Assembly (NCBI GenBank): GCA_001643675.2
Contig: LSRY02000012.1
Span: 558,001 to 622,000 of the forward strand
Direction of reading: 5' to 3'
Length of the DNA: 64,000 nucleotides
From: Monocercomonoides exilis PA203
Taxonomy: Eukaryota; Protista; Preaxostyla
Position numbers and translations under genes: made by a program. The notes below the pieces were generated by a model. The model saw only the letters and a list, made by a program, of their open reading frames with translations, made no database searches and had not been told where the DNA came from. Positions 38,955-55,986 of this stretch are shown here, one piece after another (the first letter of the stretch is position 1; every line of letters begins with the position of its first letter).

Positions 38955-40340
38955 TCAAGAAAAATCAAATTGTAGTTTCTTTCTTCGGTCGCGTTCTCTT
39001 TCCTGCCCTTTTCCTTCGGCTTCCAATTTCATCATAGCCCTTGTCCTTTCATCGATCAATGGATGGCCGGTCCATATTTCCTTTTCCAAATCGCATTCTC
39101 CATATGCCTTCGCTTTCTCTCCTCTGCGGATCAGTGCAACTCCATTCATCCCCCACTTGGTTCCCCAACTATTCACAACAATCCAGTATTTTGTACCATT
39201 TTGGTTTCGAACTTTATTCACTTTTTGATCCTGACTGAAAACATTTGTTTCAACTCTTTTGTTTTTGATGCTTGAATCTTTCATTTCATATTTCTTCAGT
39301 AGCTCTTTATCGTCGTCTTCGGTCCAAACGCCCCATCCAATGATCTTCATTGAATGCTTTCCGAGCAACTTCCCTTCAACGTGATGGTAAACTCCTCCTT
39401 TATAAACAGAAAAATCCTCGTAATGATTCATTATTCCGGTGACTGGTCCAAATTCAAGAAGTTCAGCCATAATACTTGCTTCCATTCCTCCTAAGGTGTC
39501 ACTTTTGAAGTCACTTAAAGGAAAAACACGATACGCAGACGAAAGATGCACCTTGCTTTCCTGAGGAAGATATTCAATTTTTGTTGTTGAGACAAAAAGT
39601 TTGTAATTATTAATTTATCAATTCTCAAAAGTTATTACAAATGACCATAAGGGATAGGCAAACATTGTAACTTATATTTGGGTTTGAACATTGTCTTTGA
39701 CATTTTGGATTTGGACAGACATCTTCAACACATGTTCCTGCTTGATATCTCATGCAATCTTCAGATACAATTCCTTCCCGTTTCATTAATTCAAGAGCTT
39801 CGGATGTGTAGCCACTAAAAAATCATTATCATGAAAACAAAAATGTATTGTTGCGAGTCATATCTAAAAAGTGAAATACCCTTTGCAGCCAAGTGATTTT
39901 TTCTCACATGCTGTTATATATTCAAAAGAAAGATGAAGTTGAACCAATCCATGAGTTTGCATGCAGAAACGATCTTGAGCTGCTTCTCCAGTGCAAAATG
40001 CCCAACAGCATCCGCATTTTCCTTGTTCATAAATTCTGCCAATCGTCGAGCATTCAGGATACTTTATGCGCGGATCAAAAGATTCAGGTAGATCTTCATA
40101 TTTTATATTTGAGCGAACTGGATTAGAGATTTCTTTTTTGTTGTTAGAATTATCATCACTACATGAAAATGCTCCTCCTAGTTGGGCAAATTCTTCTTCA
40201 GTTAAATTTTGTGTTCTCTCGTTTATTCCTGCAATCCAATGAATATCGTTTCGCGAATTAATTCTATTCACTAATTCTCTTTGATTCCACGCAATTATAT
40301 TAATTGAAAGAAAAAGAATAGAAAGAAATGAAAGCAACAT
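38955..40340 (-). CDS. Cathepsin B-like cysteine protease (papain family C1A)
   Basis: Signal peptide, propeptide (ELVNRINS..WIAG.N), LPESFDPR, catalytic QGKCGCCWAF, DRFC, GPV, EDFSVYKGGVYHH, catalytic His GKHSMKIIGWG, YWIVVNSWGTKWG. Three exons at ~40340-39880, ~39815-39673 and ~39561-38955. Confidence 0.92.
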
Positions 40341-40669
40341 AAAACACTTCAAATCATGAATTTTATTATGGTTACATTCGAAAAACTAATTCCGAAAAAA
40401 TGAATTAACAAAATCAAATGAAGCAAGTGTTAAATCAAACATAACAAGTTTTTTTTTTAAAGTTGTGTCTATTCTTCAATTTGAACTGAGGAATAAAAAA
40501 TCATGTAAAACTAATTTTATCTCTTGAGAAATGTTTTTTATCAAATGACAGTAAAGTGAAGTGCTATACCACAAATTGAAATGATCATCGCGATGTGAAA
40601 CAGTTTTGAAATGTAATTATTTCAAATGGAATGCTTGATGAAGTGAAAGGATGGTTTGATCTAATTATC

Positions 40670-47172
<6,503 letters not shown>

Positions 47173-47929
47173 TAAAAATTATATGCAAAACAAAAAGTTT
47201 CTTAAAAAAAAACTCGATTTATTATTCAAATTCTTAGAATTTTTGAAATCTCCATTCCAAATATAGAAAAGATTTCTATAATAAAAGTTCATAGAAAAGA
47301 TATCATATTGAAAGAAAATTTTTTATTTATTATAAATTGTTTTATTGTTTTTGAAATGGGGGATAATATGGCACTTCGAGCGTTTTCAGTGAAAGAATTT
47401 GCAACTGAAAAAAAATGATTTCAAAGCTTGAGAAATGAGTTTTTTGGAACATATTAATTTGAAATTTTTGACTTTGCAATAGAAAATTTTTTCAACAAGT
47501 TGTGCATAAAATGCTTGAAAGTTTATATTTTCCCCCAAATCTCTTTTTTATTCAATTCATTTCTTTCGGAAAAAAAAAAGAAAAAGAAAGAAAAAAAAAA
47601 AAAAATATGAATGAAGGAAAAAAACATTATTATTATTAAAATTTTTTATGTACTGTCGTGGACTCAAATGGCAAGATGGAGTCATTCGAACTGTTATGAT
47701 ATTTTTCTTTTAAAAAAAACCAAAGACTTAATCGAAACAAAGCTTAATGAACTCATTAAAAAAATAACAGTCATTAACGTTTGATCAAATGTTTATCTTT
47801 CCTGCAAAATATACGAGCCTATTGAGATTTAAAAATGATCAAATTAAACTTTTCGATCCATTGTTTATTCTGTTTGTATTTTTCCTTCGATTTTTTATTG
47901 TAAATTATCACAGAACCTAATTTGTTTTT

Positions 47930-47968
<39 letters not shown>

Positions 47969-48042
47969 GAAAGAACCTTTTGTTTCATTTTTTTAGTAAA
48001 AAATGAAACAAAAGAAATTTTGGAAAAAAAATAATGCATTCT

Positions 48043-48381
48043 GCAAGTTCCAAATATATCGACCGTCAATAAAAATTTTTATCTATATTAATAATGAAAG
48101 AAAATGGAACATTAATTTATTTGAAATTAGTTATGGCTGTCGAAAATGCATTGTTTGAAACTTTCATTTTTTCATTTGATCTGTCCCATAACATTTTCTC
48201 GTTTTTAACTGGTTAGAAAATTTTGTTTTTTGTTCGAAGGAAGCATTCTTCGAACTTTAATGTTAATTATATAGAATTGGAATCGATTATATTTAGAAAT
48301 GCCAAAAATAATTTTCGCGATGTGAATATAAAACGTTGCAAATGTTTGATATTGTTTTTGTGAAGAATTTCTCAATAATAT
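48043..48381 (-). repeat. 339-bp inverted copy of 50531-50869 (5' part of the Merlin element)
   Basis: Reverse complement of 50531-50869; no mismatch seen on reading through. Confidence 0.92.
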
Positions 48382-48636
48382 GGGTAATTATTTTTGAAAT
48401 CATAACATTTTTCGGGATGAATATTTTTCAAAAATTGTTTGTCAAAATGAAGAGAATTTGTTTTCAAATGCAAAATTCATCAAACATGTTGCATAATCCA
48501 ATGTCTAAGCTGAAATAAAGATGAAGATGTTACAAACAGGCCTTATTCGTTTTCGGTGTTTATTTGTTGATATCAATGTGAAATTTTCAAACCGAAAATT
48601 CTGAGAGAAAAAATATGATTTAAAAAATAATCACCC
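48382..48636 (+). mobile_element. 255-bp MITE, GGG...CCC TIR family, ATAT target duplication (copy 1)
   Basis: Left end GGGTAATTATTTTTGAAATCATA; right end TATGATTTAAAAAATAATCACCC; ATAT on both sides. Confidence 0.85.
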
Positions 48637-48644
48637 ATATTAAT

Positions 48645-49412
48645 TTCATTTTGAAAAGTATTTTCTGAAAGAGAACAAAGAAATAATTGAAAATTATTGA
48701 TAGCACAGAAGTCTTATGCAGAATGTCTGTCAGTCTTCTTGTAAGCTTTTGATGTACATATTTATGAGTGATAATATTTGTGAAGCAACTGTGTATGAAA
48801 TACATTTCGTGAAAGAATCAACAAGCGAATAATTAGAATTGAAAAACGAGTGGATTGGAAGAGACAAGAAGAAAAGAAGGATTAAATGTTAAGAAGAAAT
48901 GAGAAAGAAAACCTTCTTTTGATGAGACGGTTTGAAACGACATGATTTTATTTTCTCATTCAGAAAGTGAAATGAGGAATACATCTGCCTCATTGGTGAC
49001 AATGCTCAGATCTATCATTCGACAAATGAAAATAACAAAGATATTTCATTGTGATGCCTTCATTTTCCAAGATGAGCAGTAGATAAAAGAGCTTAGGAAG
49101 TTAAAGACATATTGAAAGTTGGAATCGTTGCTGTTGTTTTGAAAAAGATTTGGCACTCAATGGAGAACGACAAGATAACATATTATTGCTTGATATATTT
49201 ATTTTGGTATTTTCGAAAAGACAAAACGAAAGGGAATAATATGAAATGGATGAAGCGAAAAGAAAAGAGTTGGAAAGAAAAGAAAATGAAAAGAATGAAT
49301 AAGAATGAAATGAAAATGTCAATGTTCGTTTTTAAGATATATTTGGTTTTTTCAACGAAAATAATCATGAATATTTATGGTTGGATATATCAGATTATCT
49401 TGTGAATGTTTG
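48645..49412 (+). pseudogene. Decayed 3' half of the helical-repeat family gene seen at 36006-37444
   Basis: Remnants YFLKENKEIIENY*, VKDILKVGIVAVVL, MDEAKRKELER and terminal YLVNV* parallel EIKEIIKYHQ, VDDLLKGGAVDVVL, DKAKRKEAKR and FVNV*. Contains stops and frameshifts. Confidence 0.75.
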
Positions 49413-52400
49413 AGGAAATTCATAGTATTTTGTGACTTTTAATTTTCAATTTTCTCTTTCATATTCATTTCATTAAAAAGAAAAATAATTGTTGCATTTT
49501 TGTCATTGCTTTTATTAATAATTTTTCGAAAAAAAAAAAAAAAAAAAAGGATAAAAAGAATATAATATTTCTTTCTTCAATTCTTTCAATTATTACCCTC
49601 CATCTTTGTCAAAAAAGATTCTTTTAAATATATGAATCAAATTGTTCTGTAATAACCTTTTGAAGCTAATTGCATTCTTCACTTGTAATCTTTCGCTTCA
49701 TTTTCAATGAATTTGAGGAGAAAAAAAAGAATGCAATGATATTTCTGGTTTTGAATACGAAAAATAATTAATAATAATAATAATTAAAAAGGAAATGTTT
49801 CCAGAAGAAAACAATTGTCAACATCTTTTGCGTTAAACAAAACAGTAAAAAAAATTACATAGAATAAGAATGAGAATTTATTTCTTAAACTGCGAGACTA
49901 AAGAATTTTATTATGACTGAACGCTTTCTATTTCTATTTCCTCTTTCTCTTTTGGAAAGATAACTTCAATTAAAATTCAGCAAATTTTTATTTCATTGCT
50001 CTTCACTTCCATTCCATCCATCATCTGTAAGTAATTCAATCCCAATTCACCTGAGTTGTCTGATGTCTTTCTTGTCGAAAGTGAAGGAATATAGAGAAGA
50101 AAGAGAATAGTTTATTTGAATTTGTTTGGTTGCTGATTGTTGCACTTAATCTGGAATGCATGAATGCAAATAATGATATGAATGTGGCAATTAATACATA
50201 TTTCAACAGAAGAAAAAAATAATAAATGTTTTGTTGAAACAATGAGCATTTGTGGAGTCAAGACAAGAATGAAAGTGTTGCTGAAATACAAAGTTCAATA
50301 TGTGTTGCAAGTTGTTAATATCATTTTTTAAGGATGTTTTCAAGACTTGCTATTGTTGATAGCCTGACATCTTTCTATAACTCCTTCTTCCTCATGATTT
50401 TCATTGTTGCCGCAAAAACTGATTCAGCAAAAGTTTGAGTTATTTCTTCGTTTTTTTTTAATGCAATTCATAACATGAATAATAAATCAAAAATATACTT
50501 TTCAAATACCAATTTTTCGAAACAAAATTTATATTATTGAGAAATTCTTCACAAAAACAATATCAAACATTTGCAACGTTTTATATTCACATCGCGAAAA
50601 TTATTTTTGGCATTTCTAAATATAATCGATTCCAATTCTATATAATTAACATTAAAGTTCGAAGAATGCTTCCTTCGAACAAAAAACAAAATTTTCTAAC
50701 CAGTTAAAAACGAGAAAATGTTATGGGACAGATCAAATGAAAAAATGAAAGTTTCAAACAATGCATTTTCGACAGCCATAACTAATTTCAAATAAATTAA
50801 TGTTCCATTTTCTTTCATTATTAATATAGATAAAAATTTTTATTGACGGTCGATATATTTGGAACTTGCCGTGCCCGAAATGCACAGAAAAAACATCAGT
50901 CAACAACAAAACCATTTTTGAAAATATGAAGACTCCATTAGGAACAACATTCTTTATTTGTTTGTCCTGCTTGCTCAATATTCCAATAACAACGATTTCA
51001 ACTATTCTTGGAGTTGGAAAAAGGACAATGGGACTTTGAGAGAGCGTCATTCGTGTGTGCTGTTCAAAATTATGGAATTCCACACAGATAGTTGTTGGTA
51101 AGGAAAGGAAAGATCGTTGAAATTGACGAGGTGATATGGAGAAAGCGAAAATATGGAAGATGGAGAAAGAAGGATCAGATTTGGATTTTTGTCGGGGTTG
51201 AAAGGCTCGAAGGCGGAGGGGCAGGATCTCGCTTTATGATCATTGTGCCGAATAGAAAAAGAAATACATTGATCCTTGTTATCCAAAAATACATTCTGCC
51301 GAAAACAATGATTATTTCAGACGAATGGATAGCGTATTCATGTTTGGAATCGATTGGATAAGGGCATCAAACCGTCTGTCATAAGAAAGAATATATGTGT
51401 CATTATTTTTGATATCATATCTTTTTTCGGAGAATTGATTTTTCTAAGATACAGATTGTGTAAAAAATACCGGACATCGCAAAAAATACCGGACAAAAAT
51501 TAAAAATAAGGTTCGATCAAAAACTCATTTCCTGTATTAATTTAAAGCACATGCACATCTGAGCGCAAAAACACTTTTTTTTCATTGAGTTTCTCATATG
51601 AGAAAAGATGATTTCACCATTATTTTATGGGACACTTATCAAAAAAATAAATAAGTCTTATTGAATTTAGCTCACTTAAGAAGAAAAAAATTATCGAAAA
51701 TGATTGTTTCGGTTCCTAAAATTGAAAGCGATAATGTGAGCATCAAAAATATATTGGAAAACAGTTTCTGTTTTTGATTTCACCACTTTTCAAAAAAGTT
51801 TAATTTTTTTTTTATTCAGAAGTAATTGGCTCGTGATAATGGGAAAAAGTCTATAAATGAAGCTCGTTTTCTGGATATATGCAATTACAGTTTGTGTAAA
51901 TCAATACAACAGTGAAGTCACTTTCAAATAATCCTTTGAATGAATAAAACATAATGAATGACAACTTTTTTCGCTTGTTATTATCCGAACATATCTGTTC
52001 ATGCAAACGCAACGAATTTGAAAAATGAAGCGACTTTATTATGATAATCTAATTTAACAGATGGAAAACTTTAATTATTTGAAGAAATTGTGGAAATATG
52101 AATATTATTGATACACTTTGTCATATATTATAGTTTCCTTTTCAGTCATTATCTTTTTGCTATTTAATAGGAAAAATCTGCTCAACTTTTATTTTTGTTA
52201 TCAATACACAAAACTCTGTTGTTGATCGAAGCATGCTCATTTTTTATTACATGAAAACTATTATCAGATTGCAAAAAATGTGGCGGATATTTATATTTAT
52301 TGCAAAATGAATAATAAAAAGACAAAATCAAATTCATCAATTTTCAAAGGAAAAATAACACGTTCAGAAATGATAATTTATTTTTTCTTTGAAAAATATC

Positions 52401-52665
52401 TTGAAATTTTTCGGTTCTCTCTAAAATAAAAAGAATTTTGATAAAGAATAGAGTGAAAAAATAAGACAATAACAAAATTCATATATTTTCCAAGAGATAT
52501 CTTCATCATTTCTGTGTTTATGCTTCTATTTCTCGACAGTTAAGTCACATCATCCTCATTAGTCATGTTGATCATCGAAACAAAAATTGATTCTTCTTTC
52601 AATTTTTCTTTTAACATCTCAAACTTCTTCTCTCTTTCCACATCCTCTATTTTATTATCACTAGA

Positions 52666-53972
52666 TCAATCAAATTTCTCTGTCCTTTTCTCATAAGCTC
52701 CAAGATACCTCCCCACTCCTGCCCTCTCCCTCTCCATCACCAACTGCACCATCACCAGCATAGACTCAGCTCCACGAAGCCAACAGACTCCCACCAATGG
52801 CGGGTGCATCTCATTCGCCTCATCTTCCACTGCCAACTCCTTTTCAGCGAGTGATCCCACCTTCTCCACCTGCTCTGTGAACGAGGATACAAGTTCTGGA
52901 GGAAGAGGCGGTGCTCTCATGATCGAGTTCAATGAAGGCTCACAAGTGTCAGAATCCTCCTTTTCCATCGCCAATATCGTGTTTTCAGCCAACAAGGCCA
53001 GTGTCGGAAGTGATGTGCATTTTGTTTGTGAATCCCTTGTTGTTTCAATAAAGCAACCTTTGTTTGCCTTCATACGAAGCATCACTCAGAAAGATAAATC
53101 GCTTGTTGGACATGACAGAACAGAAGCAGTCGGAGATTATGAAGTCGGCTTATTCATATTTATCAATGGATATAAGGCTGATTTGGTGTTTGTAGATGGA
53201 ACATCTGGAATCAAGAGGTGTATTGTGGTTTGGAGAAAGCACATTGTGAGAACGTGAATTATGGGATGGAGCGTTTGAAGAGAGCACATAATATAAAAGA
53301 AGAAATTGCTGTGTGTTCGAAATCGATAGAAGCTGGATGTTTGGATATGGGAGGAATGAATGTGAAGGCCAAATCAGAGACAATTGTGGAGATAGAATGC
53401 CAAACAGAAGTGAATGGATCTGAAGAAGATTGTGTTCTGAAATTTTCTTGGGTGATTATTTTTGAAATCATAACTTTTTTCGGGGTGTTGATAATTTAGA
53501 AAATTTCAAGAAATGGAAAATAAAAATTTTGTTAATGATTTATTCATCTCTATTATCAAAATTGAGAATGTGTGATGTGAAAGAAATACAGAGATGTTTT
53601 GAATTGGAGTTTTCACTTTTCTGTATTCATTAACAAGCATTGGAAGTGAATATTCAAACCGAAATTTTTATTAAAAAAATTATGATTTCAAAAATAATCA
53701 CCCACTTCTAAACAAAAATAATGTTTATTGGATTTGTCGATCCATTAGGTTTTTGCAGAATGATCACATCAATGATAGAATTAAACTTCCAAAACGATGA
53801 GCTGCATACGAAGAAGTGCGCAATGAATGCGATTAAAGGGAAGGAAAACATAATTGAATTTTCCATAATGAAATCCGCAGGAAAGATGGATGAGTTGGAG
53901 TTAGTCACGATTTCAGATGAAAAATTTGCAGTCTATAAATTTCATTCCGTCTTTCATCAAGAGTGCGAATGA
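52666..53972 (+). pseudogene. Fragment of a beta-helix-like (pectin-lyase-like) surface-protein family gene, interrupted by a MITE
   Basis: Overlapping ORFs 52877, 53218 and 53721 contain NGGCI, FSTCSV..SGGRGGALMI, FSANKASVGSDV and VFVDG..G...CG....C motifs; frameshifted and cut at 53450. Confidence 0.6.
53450..53703 (+). mobile_element. 254-bp GGG...CCC-family MITE (copy 2)
   Basis: GGGTGATTATTTTTGAAATCATAA ... TTATGATTTCAAAAATAATCACCC, a perfect 24-bp TIR; flanks TCTT/ACTT (imperfect 4-bp TSD). Confidence 0.88.
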
Positions 53973-55986
53973 AGGAGCCAATTCAGTTCAATGAAGAATC
54001 AAGTGATAAGTTTACAAATGAAATGATTGTGGATTGATTTGAGACAAAACTGAAGGTTTCCAAATTTCTTGAAGTTTGTCCTTCATTGATTATCAAACAG
54101 TGAAGATAAAAAGAAAGAAATTTTATGCAAACATTGTTGATAACTAATTTTTTACTTTGTTCATTAATTAATCGGAAAAATAACTTTTCAACCAAGGATT
54201 TCTCATATTATTTATTATATTTCCAAATATAAAATTAATGGGCTTGCTGATCAAAACACATCGCCTCGTTTGTTATTTTCCTTCATGCTTTCCTTGAAGT
54301 TAAAATGACAAAGAAAAAACAAATAATCTAATAAAAGGTTTGTTATAATGATTTCTTCACAAAAAAATCCATTTCTTATGAACAATGCTGTTGCTTTTTT
54401 TTGAAAAGTCATATGCTTGAATACGATTTATATAGTAAGATGTTGGTATTGTCATTTGTGTCATCCTTTTTTGTTTTCTTCATTAACACAAAAATGCTTA
54501 CCAACTTTTCCCTGTTTCCTTTTTTTCAGAATTACTGTTTTCAACTGTCGATCTTGTTCTATTTTCATACGATCATAATGTTTTTTGTTTTATGAAATAA
54601 AGAGTTGTTTTGCATTATTTCTTGATTTCGTTGTTTTTTTTAATAATTCCATTTTACTAAAAAATATCCTTCAAAGCATGTCAAGAAATATTTTTTGTTA
54701 TCAATTTGGATTTTGTGTTTAATGTTGCTTTTTGAAGGAAGGGATTTATCTTTATTCATTTCTTTCTGAAAGAAATTTGTATTGTTTTTCTATTTGAGTG
54801 TGCATATGTATTTTTATTTATCACTTCATTCTATTTATTATAAAAATATTTTTTTAGCTTTGTGTGTGTATTTATGTATTCGTTTTGTGAATCAGTGATA
54901 TTTTTGTTATGACAGTAATTTGCAAAAGGCGTTCATCGAAAAATATCATCGAACAGCAATTATATAATTACAACGAAGTTTTAATGGGTTTGAATATTGA
55001 AAGTTATTGAAATAAATACAAATAATTATTTTATTTTCGCATCGTAATGAGTTTTGTTGTTGATATTTTGATTTAACAAAAAAATTCTGTGAGAACCTTT
55101 ATAGTTAATGTTGTCCGGTATTTTTTGCGATGTCCGGTATTTTATGCGCAATCTGTAGTTTGTCAATGGGAAGTGTTTTTGTATTCAGATGATAAAATAA
55201 TGACAACTGTTTCAAAAACAAATGTTATTTCCAAATCAAAGATAAAAATGTCTTCAATATACCTTTTTCCTTTGCAATGTTCATTTGTTAATATTCAAGA
55301 GAAATTTTTGAACCGAAATTTTTGAATGAAAAAATATGCTTTCAAAAATAATCACCCATATGAACAAAGAGACTCATACCTGTACAAACACGATTGAAGG
55401 CCTATCGTCACATTTGAGAGCGTCTTTTCCATGTTTTGGAACTAGAAAACAGTTTATTTCTGATCATATCGCAATGTATTTGGTGAAACCCTCAATGAAA
55501 TTGAGTTTTTTGGAACAAATGCCTCATGTTTCAAAATATAAACCAGAAAAATAAACAGAAAAAAAGGAACATGAAGAAGAAGAAGAAGATGATGATGAAA
55601 TCGACGAAGATGTGCCTTTTATTGAAGATATATTAGGAAATGATGAGAATGAGACAGATAAAAAAACGGAAGAAGATTATTCAGATAATGCCGGTGATGG
55701 AGATAGTGCTTCCGAATATTCTCCATAATGAAAAATATATTTATCTTTCCATTAAATTTTTGACAATATTTTTTTTCATATCAAAAATTTCATAGACCCA
55801 AAAAAATTTTTTGAAAAATTATTTTTTGTTTTTTTGAACATAAATAAGTTTCCGTTCAGAACAAACAACATACTCATGCTTTGTTTGATATTTCCGATGC
55901 ATCTATACCTAAAAATATCAAAAACTAACATGACTATATTGCACCTTTATTCCAAAAAACAACAATTTTCCGTTATTTTTTAACCA

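Larger units (their letters stand above)
51452..55155 (+). mobile_element. Non-autonomous Tc1/mariner-type element (3.7 kb) with TA TSD
   Basis: TA|CAGATTGTGTAAAAAATACCGGACATCGCAAAAAATACCGGACA ... TGTCCGGTATTTTTTGCGATGTCCGGTATTTTATGCGCAATCTG|TA. TIR of 45 bp or more with an internal direct repeat; no transposase ORF recognised. Confidence 0.82.
51397..55357 (+). mobile_element. GGG...CCC-family MITE (copy 3, 55+200 bp) split by a Tc1/mariner-type insertion
   Basis: Degenerate left TIR GTGTCATTATTTTTGATATCATA at 51397; right TIR ...TTCAAAAATAATCACCC at 55357; ATAT at 51393-51396 and 55358-55361. The rejoined internal sequence resembles copy 1 and totals 255 bp. Confidence 0.8.
50531..55728 (+). 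mobile_element. Merlin (IS1595/ISXO2-like DDE) transposon remnant, split by nested insertions
   Basis: 5' part: GKIVEIDE..RKRKYGR..QIWIFVGVER..FMIIVPNRKRNTLILVIQKYILPKTMIISDEWIAYSCL..GHQTVCHKKEY. 3' part after 55358: MNKETHTCTNTIEGL..HL, then an acidic tail ending 55728. Removing 51397-55361 rejoins HKKEYMNKETHTCTNTIEG in frame. Premature stops and frameshifts mean it is inactive. Confidence 0.88.

Noticed and set aside
50030-50450. Possible decayed minus-strand HEAT-like exon fragments
   Set aside because: Multiple stops and no diagnostic motif; too weak to call.
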